This document shows, one piece after another, positions 38,844 to 52,200 of a stretch of DNA of 64,000 nt (positions are counted from its first letter, which is position 1; every line of letters starts with the position of its first letter). The notes beneath the pieces were generated by a model that did not search any database, had not been told where the DNA came from, and was given only the letters and a program-made list of their open reading frames with translations. The position numbers and the translations under genes are program-made. The stretch comes from Laetmonice hystrix (Eukaryota), in NCBI GenBank assembly GCA_965235115.1, contig OZ249436.1, forward strand, positions 54,376,001-54,440,000, given 5' to 3'.

Positions 38844-41065
38844 TAAAGATTACTGAATATGATTATTGTTGACCGTTCAATGCATTTACTGTTATAACGT
38901 CTGGCATATATGAAGTATAATAAAACCGTAGCTAGACAAGACACAAAGGGCAAGACGTCTGCATGAAGCTGTGCATGCTACTGTAAATACAAGGGATCAT
39001 GTTGGTGAAACCTGTACGCAGGTGCTTTGAGATGCTCGTGTCAGCACGTCAGCACGCATGTATATACAGACAAAAACTCAAACACGAGGTACGACTGTAA
39101 CGGCGGCTAAAAACAAACATCACTGGATTAAATGTATTATTGAAAGATTATTTGTGAATATCTGTCAATAGTTACCCAACAAAAGGCTGAATCCACCAAG
39201 GTTATATTGCTATTGTGCCGACCATGCGATTTTCAAATTAAAAATGAAATATCACTCTGCAATACGTGCCGGCTGTCCTTCCCTGACTCAACACATTTTA
39301 CTTGATATTGGTGATTTTACTTGATATGCAACGGTTTTATGGTGAGGCAACTCAAAAAACGTCACTACACTATAAATGTTAGTGAAAGTGACTTTGAGGC
39401 TGGACTACTGCCTCTCATATAGCCAAGAGGCAGTCCTATATCCAGAACTTTTTCGGTACTGTCGTGGGGACGACACGGGAGACGATAGTCCCCTTCTTCT
39501 ATTTTGCCGTGTTCCAGATTGTCTTGTTTTCGTCGTGAAAAAATCAAGATGACCGAACGAAGTGAAGATGACCGAACGAAGTAGCTTTCGTCTACTTGAC
39601 GTCAAAATCACATGAATCGCAATGGCAATCTCGATGGTGGATGCACCCCGATAGAGAACCCCAACATTGACGTCTAATTTGTTAGGGGGCCAAAGAAAGC
39701 TTTAAAAAAACAACTAATTATCTAAACGCAAACCATATCAATATTTACGTTTTCCATAGGACAGTTATAAAATGTCCATAAAAATATAAGAACTCGTTTA
39801 AATGCATCATGCCCTCCTCGGGCCAGGGGCAGTGGGACAATCGTATAGTTATTTTGACCGGAGTGACCCACGACAGTGGAACATGCATGCCAAGACGGCA
39901 AAGATACAATCGTAGTACATACGACAAGCCAAATATTACCAGAAATGTGTCCACTCGAAGTCGAAATTTATCCAAAAATGGTGTCACATAAATACTTATA
40001 ACGAAAGTTGCTCATATAAATCGGCAGGAATAGGTGAAGTATAATAATAATCTGCCGTAGTCCCTTAGATTTGACGATTTTCATCAATTTGTCGTGTTTC
40101 CTGAATGTGCCGACTATTAATCTGCTGTGTTCACTGAGATAGCACGAATGTTGTTAGACTCAATCATTAGTATTTCCTCCGATACAACGTTGGTTAATTG
40201 TTCATATTTCAGAGAATGAAATAATCAGGAATTCCCCTCCAGGCTAGCTACAAGCCGACGAGCCCTGGTTTATATCGCACGTGTCCCCTCAACAAATGAC
40301 AACTCTGGATTTAGTCATGCAGGGATACGGTTTTTACCATTCCGCTGATCCCTTTGAGGGGTCCACGTCGGTTGGCATGCTGATGTTGAATCAATCGACG
40401 AGCTGGATTCGCTCTCAGCCGCCGGCCCCTTAGTCTCTTATCCCGTTTGCCGTCCTCAACCAATTAATTATCATTCCTGTAGACCTTTCATTAACGGATG
40501 ACTTTTTCTGTTGTTTGCATTGGCTGTCGTCTGGTATTCTGCACAATAAGCGTTATCACATTAGATCTGTCTGTAAAGCGGAACTACAGCACGGGAAGCT
40601 TACCGAATGGAGACACAAAGTGCATGTCTCAGTAATAGATCCAGCAATTTGTCCAGCAGTGATGGCAGTTTGAACAGTTAGATATCACTTACCATGTGAT
40701 ACTGTCGGCGATCTTGCCTGACCTTTGAACGCTTTAGGAGGTGACCACGACTGTGTGGTCCGGGTTACAACACGAAAAGTCCTCTGTGCTCGCTTTACGG
40801 GCGCTACCTTCGGCCCGACGCCGCGGTAACTGTTGCGGCACGACGTCACGGCGCCCAGACGACAACGACGCGTAGATATACGTTCTGCCAGTGTCCGTTA
40901 TATGGAAGTTACTGCGCTCCTGGCCCGAGTTACGTCAGGTCATCGCATGGGTCGACTGTGTATCCATTAAAGCAATTCTCGCCCCCGATAATCCGAACAC
41001 TTCCATGTACGTGTCAGCGGTTGGCGGCCACCAGGGGTACTAGTGTATAAGCGGAACGGGCCAAC

Positions 41066-41200
41066 CGGCGACTGGCTGGCGCAGTGGGCACACGGACGGC
41101 AGCCTCGATGTCGTTCGAACACGTGGGGCACCCGCGGACATTGGACGAGTCGCTTGGCGCCGTCCGACATTGATCAATCATATCTTGGCGAATGTAAACC
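41066..41200 (+). mobile_element. Possible tRNA-derived SINE head
   Basis: Pol III A-box TGGCGCAGTGG (41077-41087) and B-box-like GTTCGAAC (41113-41120); no full cloverleaf seen. Confidence 0.4.
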
Positions 41201-42112
41201 TATGTGGGAAGACTTGGGAGACACTATAATAGTCAGTTGGAGGTATAGGGCCTGTATGCAGCCTATGCCTGCGAGTAGCTGTGGGCAACTTGCCAAGGCC
41301 GTGTATTGAGTTTAAAGGGGTTAAAGGAGTCGCATTTTTTTAACAAATGAACAAAAATGTTGCATCTTTTGTGAGGCATTAGTTAAATGTAAAACATAAT
41401 AAATTTGGGCGAAAATCGTTGTCTTGGCCAAGAAATAGTGTTACCTCTAACGAGTCACGTGAGGCCACACCCCTCTTTACAATGCTTAAGTAGGCCTTCT
41501 GAATTTCGTTGTACACCGAAATTCACTTTGGGGGCTGCCTGTGGCTTGATTTACAGGCCAATCAACGCTATTTTCAGTGTAGGAATACTTACTTCGGACC
41601 TCTTTACGCTATCATATAAGAAAAACGCAAAGTCAGTTGAAAAATTGTTCCCCTTTAAAAACCAGTAGGCCTAGATCCGCGCTGCTGTGAAAACCAGTGG
41701 CTTTCTTCTCTGCGTTTATCGCACTGACACCGCTCCATCGACTTCAAATAGTCACACTCAACAAAATCTTACGTGATATTGTCTTCGCAATCGTAGTCAG
41801 ATGTAGCCCTCTTGAGAGCAGGTGCGCTTGTTCCAGTGCGGCAGAAAAGCTTAATGAAATTACGGTAGTCTGACTAGCATTTTCGAGTACATGTGAGTAT
41901 TTTCAAATCAGCTTTATGCTTCCGGTAAAGCAGAGGAATTGTTCTTAAGCCATCAGACACTATTGTCAATCCTTCCTTTTTTTGGTTTGTTTTTTGTTTT
42001 TTGAATGAGAGAAGATGACTCTATAGGTATCATGGGTATTATTGTGCAGAAGAAGCTTTACACATTAGCATGAGTATGCACATGCAGGTTGTTCAGATGT
42101 AGGCCTACCCTA

Positions 42113-42288
42113 CAGGCAGAACTCAGATGGGGGGGGGGTCCGACTGAGATGGCGGGGGGGGGGGGGTTTCCCCAACCGTAATATTAGTAATTAATTTAGA
42201 TCTATTTAGTTATTTAATTAGTTATTAATATTTTTTTTGGGGGGGGGGGGGTCCGGGCAACCCGGAAACCCCCCTGGCTACACCATTG
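42113..42288. mobile_element. Short CAG-terminal G-run/C-run element (degenerate)
   Basis: caggca...cccctggctacaccattg; flanks cccta/ccgta. Confidence 0.45.
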
Positions 42289-43280
42289 CCGTACCCATAG
42301 GTCTTTGTTCGCATAGGCCAATTTTATATCTACACATGCACACCTACAGGAGTGCTTAATGCTTTTGCCAATTGTCCTCGTAAGTGTACATTGACTAATT
42401 TCAAAGAGAGAATATGGGCCTTTTTGTATATTTTCAGTCTTTTATTATAGCTCGGAGTAAAGAATATAAACCTTACAAAAGTCGTCGGGCATGCCTGCAT
42501 GGCCAGTCATCTTGATTTACTCGTGATTTTCTCACCGAGGCAATCAGGGCACTCTTGAAGATAATCCAATTACAGGCCTGGCACTCGGGTCTGACGATTA
42601 CGAGAATGTCCCTGGGGTCAGACGGGGGTTGGGGTGCGCCCCTCCCACCAGATCATCCTCGGCCCGACTAGCATTGCCGTCTATCTTCCCCAATAGGTCC
42701 TATATCGGGTGGGCCAGAGAAATCCGGAACTCTATTCTTGACTGTAACATCTGTAATTTTTATACCGATGTCATAATATTTTGCACATGATATCATATGG
42801 TTAATTGGAGCGGATGGTACAAATTTAAGATAAATAGGTCAAAACGTCTAAAAATAGTGCCTTTTTAAAATTGTCAGAAATTGCACTGTCGGACCGGGGT
42901 AATTAGCATGGTGCCGCACGTTGGTGCCACTGTGTCTGAATGACGTGACATCTGTCAATTAAATGCCACCTGCCAAAAATAGGTGGCCGGTTAGACTCTG
43001 TTTTGACACATTTCACCAGAAACTTTCACACAGAACAGCTTGTTTCCGAAATTCTCAGCATGGTGTTCAGTGATGATGACAGAGCTGTTGCTGAAGTTTA
43101 ATACCTGGGAGAAGGGTGGGTTTACACCATTTTGGGAATCCCTCCCTGAAAAGATCTACAAAGGTCGCGCACACAAAAATTAACGAGGAACGATCTGAAG
43201 GAGAAAATTCGGGAAAGGTTGGAGCAAATTACTCTGAAAGAAGTCAGGAAGTCAATCGGGTCATTCAAAAAGAGATTTAA

Positions 43281-43864
43281 GGCCTCCACACACTTGGGCA
43301 GTTCACGCCGCGATTTGACGTCGCGTGAAACGCCCGGCGTAACCACTGGGCATTTCGCCGTGCGATAAATGGTTCCCACTTGCGCGGAAAACGCACGCGG
43401 TCATCGCTGGCTGTTTGCAAAATGGCAAAATGCAATATGTCATACTGTTTCTGTGCATTTTTATAGGAGGGACATTGTTTGTCGTATAGGCAGGGATTCT
43501 TCTCGGTTTCCACTATCAACTGTTCTCTGGTCCTCTTCCTTCCGCCCCATCCTGCTGGCTGCTAGATAGTAAAATAGAATACAGATCACCCAGGGGTCAT
43601 CAGGTGCAAGGTGGTCTGACCACAGATACTGGACGCCTATTGGCTGAATGGATGATCGGTCGAGGCAACACGCCGCGTGATACGCACAGAAACCTATCCT
43701 GAGGTTTCGTTCATTTCACGCCGCGGTCGCAATGCGTGTTTTTTTACGCCAAGCCGAAGTGTGTGGTTTCCCATTGTAATTCTATTATGGGTTACAACGC
43801 GTTTTCGCGACGCGTTTCACGCGACGTCAAATCGCGGCGTGAACTGCCCAAGTGTGTGGAGGCC
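43281..43864 (-). mobile_element. PIF/Harbinger-type MITE with MADF-domain remnant
   Basis: ~53-bp perfect TIR ggcctccacacacttgggcagttcacgccgcgatttgacgtcgcgtgaaacgc; TAA duplication; minus-strand remnant LIVETEKNPCLYDKQCPSYKNAQK resembles a MADF N-terminus. Confidence 0.85.
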
Positions 43865-43867
43865 TAA

Positions 43868-44114
43868 AGGCCTGTACCCACTAGCGCGTTTTACCGCTGC
43901 GGTCCACGCTGAGCGACAAAACGCGCTAGTGGGTTTAGGCCTTACGGCAAGCACCACCGCCTTCAGGAGATAATGTGCACATTTCCGAATTACGTGGGAG
44001 TCCGAATTTTATCACGATGAATACAACAATAACAGCTAAAGGCCTGAACCCAATGGCGCGTTTTGTCGCTCAGCGTGGACCGCAGCGGTAAAACGCGCTA
44101 GTGGGTACAGGCCT
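43868..44114. mobile_element. Composite MITE: two inverted ~75-bp hairpin mini-elements around a ~96-bp spacer
   Basis: 43868-43943 and 44040-44114 are each self-complementary (aggcctg.accca.t.gcgcgtttt...aaaacgcgctagtgggt..aggcct) and are reverse complements of each other; flanks TAA/TTA. Confidence 0.8.
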
Positions 44115-44281
44115 TTAAGGGATGTGTGTGAACAGGATGGTGGTCAAATCGATCCCCTTTTCGACTGAATTAGGCCTAGGCAGGTGACACATACTTTGCC
44201 CTCTGGTATTGCCTTTTTCAATATGTGATAGTTGATTCGTTGCCACTGAAAAAAGTTTTGACCTAGATATTTCTACCATAA

Positions 44282-44745
44282 AGGCCTGTGTCCACTTGAG
44301 CGGTATGCCGCGCGTCATAACGCCGCGTGATACGCGGCGGTAAAACGCCTAGTAAAGGAACAACAGATTCCAATGCAGGAGTGTCCACCTGAGCGTGGCG
44401 GCAAAAAAACACGCACTCCCACCGCCGCGTGATACGCTCGGTAAAGAAAATCTATTTATTGCGCGGATCACGCCGCGTGTTTTGTGAAGAGTTGGCACTG
44501 AATTGCACCTGGCCATTCACCAAGATGTCTCGAAAGGCGGACGACCGAACAACTGAGCATCTGACCACAGAGGTGGAGAAAAACCCAAGCCTATATGATA
44601 AGATATGATGATCAGTGACCGTATGCGCCCGCAATTTCACGCCAAAGTGGACAAGCATCGCCGCCGCGTATTCCGCCGCGTGTTTCACTGTGCGTATCAC
44701 GCGGCGTTAAGACACGCGGCATACCGCTCAAGTGGACACAGGCCT
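44282..44745 (+). mobile_element. PIF/Harbinger-type MITE with MADF-domain remnant
   Basis: ~54-bp TIR aggcctgtgtccacttgagcggtatgccgcg...; flanks TAA/TTA; plus-strand remnant MSRKADDRTTEHLTTEVEKNPSLYDK. Confidence 0.85.
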
Positions 44746-46286
44746 TTAGATGCTATTAGCCTTATGATATCATGCACCAAATATTATTGCAAATTGTAGA
44801 ATTGATAGTTAAGTAAATAGTGTTCCTCTTTTTTGTCTTTTTGCGCCCAACCGATATACATCCAGCTCCCTGCTGGCAGACCAAAAAACTAGCTTAGCTC
44901 TGCCCCCTCCACCTAAATAGCTAACGCCTGTATATTATACGATTGTCTGTGTGGGTAACGCAGTCAGTCGAGGGCCCGATAGACGCAGGCTCAAACATGA
45001 CACGACGTGACGTCTGCCAAGTCACGCGGTCATGGCGTTGGACATGCACCATGAGGAAGTGACTGCACTGAATTGATGACTCGTGTTTTCTGGGGAGTCC
45101 GTTTCGTCGCCAAACCTATCAACCGCCATAGTCTCCCGGAGGAAAAAGATGTAGGCAGATCAATGGGTGGAAGAGGACCCAGACATCAGCCTTGAATATT
45201 ATACCTCAGGGCCGTAATTCATGGGGGGGGGGGGGGGGGGGGGGCTTGTGATTTAAAAGGACTAATTAAATAAATAACATCATTAAATTTTGCAGATTAA
45301 AAAAGGGGAAATCTTACGTGTTCTGCGAGTTGCAAAAAGAGAGAAAATTACGAAAACTGGTATCGAGATGCACAGAAAGAACCTGCAAGACATAGTATTT
45401 GGATTGGGTGATGGATAAAAGCTGCTTCGAACAGACTGGCGATTTTTTCATTTTTTTCATTTAAAGGGAGTAGATCATCTACCGAATCGACCGGAATCTT
45501 TAGATTTATACTCACCTCCTCACCACTGACGAACTTTATGGCTCTGATTGTTTTTCATATTGATCCTGTTAACACATCCTATGAGTATAGACAGCTGTGA
45601 AATTCCCCCTAAACGGTGGGAAAATTAGAACTAGACGCCATGTGGCAGGGGCCACATGAGATCCCATCCCCTCTAGGAAGGATAGGCCTGCATATTTACA
45701 TAGCCTATGTAGCAAGGCCCTTTTTATGTCATTTGCTATGTATCCTTTCTTTTCCTTTTAAGAAGTAGGGCTTTATCTTGCATCGTTTCTGAGTTATGAG
45801 CCTTAGAAGATGGCAATGACATCATTATGGCAATGACATCATTATGACGTCATATGTCCCATTACTGACTCTATCTTCCACCAGTTACAAGTTATAACCC
45901 TGAGAAAATATAGATAGCACCATTATGACGTCATAGTTCACGTGACCTGAATTATAGTGGTGTCAAACGAAAGAGAATGTATGATTTCCTATTAGTGTTT
46001 AATTAATAGTAACTATGGCTCTAACTTGAACCATTTACAAGTTATAGCCCTGAGAAAATATCGATGACATCATTATGACATCATCGCTCACGTGACCTAA
46101 AATAATATTGTGCGAAATGAAAGAGCATATATATGACTTCCTATTTGACATCAATAGCAGCTATGCCTCTAAATTCAACCATTTACCATTTATAGTCCTG
46201 AGATAATATTGAAATCTTTATGCCGTCATAGGTCATGTGACCTAAAAAATAATCGTGTCAAACCAAAGATGTATGACTTCCTCATA

Positions 46287-49200
46287 AACCCAATGGTCAA
46301 AACCAAACATTGATATCTTTAACCGTTTTCGAGATATCACTGATTTTTGGTTGAAAATGACCCAATAGGGCCAACTTTGAGGGGCCATAACATGGAAACT
46401 ACTGAATTTAGGGGAGCCATCTCGGAGTCAGAGACAGTTGAACTATTATGCAATCGAATGGTGCTGAAATCGGAAATTAGGTCAACTTGGCCGCCATCTT
46501 AGGTTTTTCAAATTCGGGGAAAATGGGTCATGTTTTTCATCCTAAACCCTATGGTGCAAACCAGACATTGATATCTTTAACCGTTTTCGAGATATCACTG
46601 ATTTTTGGTTGAAAATGACCCAAAAGGGCCAACTTTGAGGGCCCATAACATGGAAACTACTGAATTTAAGGGAGCCATCTCGGAGTCAGAGACAGTTGAC
46701 GTATTACCCAATTCAATGATGCAGAAATCGGAAATTAGGTCAACTTGGCCGCCATCTTGGATTTTTCAAATTCGGGGAAAATGGGTCAAGTTTTTCATCC
46801 TAAACCCAATGGTGAAAACCAGACATTGATATCTTTAACCGTTTTCGAGATATCACTGATTTCTGGTTGAAAATGACCCAAAAGGGCCAACTTTGAGGGG
46901 CCATAACATGGAAACTACTGAATTTAGGGGAGCCATCTCGGAGTCAGAGACAGTTGACCTATTATGGAATCCAATGGTGATGAAATCGGAAATTAGGTCA
47001 ACTTGGCCGCCATCTTGGATTTTTCAAATTCAGGGAAAATGGGTCATGTTTTTCATCCTAAACCCTATGGTGCAAACCAGACATTAGAGAGGTTCTGCTA
47101 TCCCGGTTCCGTCTCCGGCTCCGGCTTAGCACAGCATCGCGTCATCAGAAAATACCGTGACGTCATCGAGACGCGCGTATTTGAAGCTGAGCCGTTCCCG
47201 GGTCCCGAGACAGATCGGCTCTGTCCCGTAAGTGTCTAACGGCGTAGGGTTTTCCTCGATTTCTTCTTTCCATGAGTTGATACAATGGATTTGAAGTGTC
47301 AAGTAGTTGGATTAATATTTGAAGACTTTAGTGAATCGGCTGTCAGCACAATTATCTCGTGGTATTTTCAACTATTTTGGTCATAAAGTGATGTGCTATT
47401 TTGCATTCACTGCAGCTAGGCCGTGTCATCGCATGGCGATCGCAGGGCGACACAATGTTAAAGGATAGGACCCAGATAGGGGTTCAAATTACCATCGACA
47501 GAAATGTAATTACTGAACCGATTCTTATGAAATTTGCAATATCGACTAAAAACATGTGTCTCTCTATTCTCTGAAAGTTTGGTGAAAGCTAGGTTGTAAA
47601 GTTTTCGAGGTATGCGGCCATGTTCGCGGGTTTTTTTTCCCGACCGCCATTATGACGGCGATTCGAGATGCGTGGTCCACCGGCCAGAATGGTAGACCTG
47701 AGTTTAAAAAAAATTGACTTCCTATTACGCGGCGGCGCCGGCGTAGCAGAACCAAAATACGACGTTCCGTCTCCGGCGCCGAGATCGGCATAGCCGATCC
47801 CGGAGCCGGAGACGGAACGGGATAGCAGAACCTGTCTATCGATATCCTTAGCCGTTTTCGAGATATCACTGATTTTTGGTTGAAAATGACCTAAAAGGGC
47901 CAACTTTGAGGGGCCATAAAATGAAAACTACTGAATCTAGGGGGGCCATCTCGGAGTCAGAGACAGTTGACCTATTATGCAATCCAATGGTGCTGAAATC
48001 GGAAATTAGGTCAACTTGGCCGCCATCTTGGATTTTTCAAATTCGGGGAAAATGGGTCATGTTTTTCATCCTAAACCTAATGGTGCAAATCAGACATTGA
48101 TATCTTTAGCCGTTTTCGAGATATCACTGATTTTTGGTTGAAAATGACCTAAAAGGGCCAACTTTGAGGGGCCATAACATGAAAACTACTGAATTTAGGG
48201 GGGCCATCTCGGAGTCAGAGACAGTTGACCTATTATGCAATCCAATGGTGCTGAAATCGGAAATTAGGTCAACTTGGCCGCCATCTTGGATTTTTCAAAT
48301 TCGGTGGAAATGGGTCAAGGTTTTCATCCTAAACCTAATGGTGAAAACCAGACATTGATATCTTTAACCGTTTTCGAGATATCACTGATTTTTAGTTGAA
48401 AATGACCCAAAAGGGCCAACTTTGAGGGCCCATAACATAGAAACTACTGAATTTAGGGGAGCCATCTCGGAGTCAGAGACAGTTGACCTATTACCCAATC
48501 CAATGGTGCTGAAATCGGAAATTAGGTCAACTTGGCCGCCATCTTGGATTTTTCAAATTTGGGGAAAATGGGTCAAGTTTTTCATCCTAAACCTAATAGT
48601 GAAAACCAGACATTGATATCTTTAACGGTTTTCGAGATATCACTGATTTTGGTTGAAAATACCCTAAAAGGGCCAACTTTGAGGGACCATCACATGGAAA
48701 CTATTGAATTTAGGGGACCCATGTCAGTGTCAGAGACAGTAACTGTTGACGTATTACCCAATTCAATGATGCAGAAATCGGAAATTAGGTCAACTTGGCC
48801 GCCATGTTGGATTTTTCAAATTTAGGGGAAAATGGGTCACGTCTTTCATCCTAAACCCAATGGTGAAAACCAGACATTGATATCTTTAACCGTTTTCGAG
48901 ATATCACGGATTTCTGGTTGAAAATGACCCAAAAGGGCCAACTTTGAGGGGCCATAACATGGAAACTACTGAATTTAGGGGGGCCATCTCGGAGTCAGAG
49001 ACAGTTGACCTATTATGCAATCCAATGGTGCTGAAATCGGAAATTAGGTCAACTTGGCCGCCATCTTGGATTTTTTAAATTCAGGAAAAATGGGTCATGT
49101 TTTTCATCCTAAACCTAATGGTGCAAATCAGACATTGATATCTTTAGCCGTTTTCGAGATATCACTGATTTTTGGTTGAAAATGACCTAAAAGGGCCAAC

Positions 49201-52200
49201 TTTGAGGGGCCATAACATGGAAACTACTGAATTTAGGGGAGCCATCTCGGAGTCAGAGACAGTTGACCTATTATGCAATCCAATGGTGCTGAAATCGGAA
49301 ATTAGGTCAACTTGGCCGCCATCTTGGATTTTTTAAATTCAGGAAAAATGGGTCATGTTTTTCATCCTAAACCTAATAGTGAAAACCAGACATTGATATC
49401 TTTAACGGTTTTCGAGATATCACTGATTTTTGGTTGAAAATGACCTAAAAGGGCCAACTTTGAGGGGCCATAAAATGAAAACTACTGAATCTAGGGGGGC
49501 CATCTCGGAGTCAGAGACAGTTGACCTATTATGCAATCCAATGGTGCTGAAATCGGAAATTAGGTCAACTTGGCCGCCATCTTGGATTTTTCAAATTTGG
49601 GGAAAATGGGTCAAGTTTTTCATCCTAAACCTAATAGTGAAAACCAGACATTGATATCTTTAACGGTTTTCGAGATATCACTGATTTTGGTTGAAAATAC
49701 CCTAAAAGGGCCAACTTTGAGGGACCATCACATGGAAACTATTGAATTTAGGGGAGCCATGTCAGTGTCAGAGACAGTTGACGTATTACCCAATTCAATG
49801 ATGCAGAAATCGGAAATTAGGTCAACTTGGCCGCCATGTTGGATTTTTCAAATTTTGGGGAAAATGGGTCACGTCTTTCATCCTAAACCCAATGGTGAAA
49901 ACCAGACATTGATATCTTTAACCGTTTTCGAGATATCACGGATTTCTGGTTGAAAATGACCCAAAAGGGCCAACTTTGAGGGGCCATAACATGGAAACTA
50001 CTGAATTTAGGGGGGCCATCTCGGAGTCAGAGACAGTTGACCTATTATGCAATCCAATGGTGCTGAAATCGGAAATTAGGTCAACTTGGCCGCCATCTTG
50101 GATTTTTTAAATTCAGGAAAAATGGGTCATGTTTTTCATCCTAAACCTAATGGTGCAAATCAGACATTGATATCTTTAGCCGTTTTCGAGATATCACTGA
50201 TTTTTGGTTGAAAATGACCTAAAAGGGCCAACTTTGAGGGGCCATAACATGGAAACTACTGAATTTAGGGGAGCCATCTCGGAGTCAGAGACAGTTGACC
50301 TATTATGCAATCCAATGGTGCTGAAATCGGAAATTAGGTCAACTTGGCCGCCATCTTGGATTTTTTAAATTCAGGAAAAATGGGTCATGTTTTTCATCCT
50401 AAACCTAATAGTGAAAACCAGACATTGATATCTTTAACGGTTTTCGAGATATCACTGATTTTTGGTTGAAAATGACCTAAAAGGGCCAACTTTGAGGGGC
50501 CATAACATGAAAACTACTGAATTTAGGGGGGCCATCTCGGAGTCAGAGACAGTTGACCTATTATGCAATCCAATGGTGCTGAAATCGGAAATTAGGTCAA
50601 CTTGGCCGCCATCTTGGATTTTTCAAATTCGGTGGAAATGGGTCAAGGTTTTCATCCTAACCCTAATGGTGAAAACCAGACATTGATATCTTTAACCGTT
50701 TTCGAGATATCACTGATTTTTAGTTGAAAATGACCCAAAAGGGCCAACTTTGAGGGCCCATAACATAGAAACTACTGAATTTAGGGGAGCCATCTCGGAG
50801 TCAGAGACAGTTGACCTATTACCCAATCCAATGGTGCTGAAATCGGAAATTAGGTCAACTTGGCCGCCATCTTGGATTTTTCAAATTTGGGGAAAATGGG
50901 TCAAGTTTTTCATCCTAAACCTAATAGTGAAAACCAGACATTGATATCTTTAACGGTTTTCGAGATATCACTGATTTTGGTTGAAAATACCCTAAAAGGG
51001 CCAACTTTGAGGGACCATCACATGGAAACTATTGAATTTAGGGGACCCATGTCAGTGTCAGAGACAGTTGACGTATTACCCAATTCAATGATGCAGAAAT
51101 CGGAAATTAGGTCAACTTGGCCGCCATGTTGGATTTTTCAAATTTAGGGGAAAATGGGTCACGTCTTTCATCCTAAACCCAATGGTGAAAACCAGACATT
51201 GATATCTTTAACCGTTTTCGAGATATCACGGATTTCTGGTTGAAAATGACCCAAAAGGGCCAACTTTGAGGGGCCATAACATGGAAACTACTGAATTTAG
51301 GGGGGCCATCTCGGAGTCAGAGACAGTTGACCTATTATGCAATCCAATGGTGCTGAAATCGGAAATTAGGTCAACTTGGCCGCCATCTTGGATTTTTTAA
51401 ATTCAGGAAAAATGGGTCATGTTTTTCATCCTAAACCTAATGGTGCAAATCAGACATTGATATCTTTAGCCGTTTTCGAGATATCACTGATTTTTGGTTG
51501 AAAATGACCTAAAAGGGCCAACTTTGAGGGGCCATAACATGGAAACTACTGAATTTAGGGGAGCCATCTCGGAGTCAGAGACAGTTGACCTATTATGCAA
51601 TCCAATGGTGCTGAAATCGGAAATTAGGTCAACTTGGCCGCCATCTTGGATTTTTTAAATTCAGGAAAAATGGGTCATGTTTTTCATCCTAAACCTAATA
51701 GTGAAAACCAGACATTGATATCTTTAACGGTTTTCGAGATATCACTGATTTTTGGTTGAAAATGACCTAAAAGGGCCAACTTTGAGGGGCCATAAAATGA
51801 AAACTACTGAATCTAGGGGGGCCATCTCGGAGTCAGAGACAGTTGACCTATTATGCAATCCAATGGTGCTGAAATCGGAAATTAGGTCAACTTGGCCGCC
51901 ATCTTGGATTTTTCAAATTTGGGGAAAATGGGTCAAGTTTTTCATCCTAAACCTAATAGTGAAAACCAGACATTGATATCTTTAACGGTTTTCGAGATAT
52001 CACTGATTTTGGTTGAAAATACCCTAAAAGGGCCAACTTTGAGGGACCATCACATGGAAACTATTGAATTTAGGGGAGCCATGTCAGTGTCAGAGACAGT
52101 TGACGTATTACCCAATTCAATGATGCAGAAATCGGAAATTAGGTCAACTTGGCCGCCATGTTGGATTTTTCAAATTTTGGGGAAAATGGGTCACGTCTTT

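Larger units (their letters stand above)
42703..44856 (+). mobile_element. Internally deleted Tc1/mariner-like element, copy 2, carrying nested insertions
   Basis: Homologous to 21104-21904; TA flanks. The transposase remnant ...DLKEKIRERLEQITLKEVRKSIGSFKKR is interrupted at 43280 and resumes at 44115 as LRDVCEQDGGQIDPLFD*. Confidence 0.85.

Noticed and set aside
41316..41654. Possible TTAA-AGGGG...CCCCT-TTAA MITE
   Set aside because: Inverted similarity does not extend beyond about 5 bp inside the TTAA.
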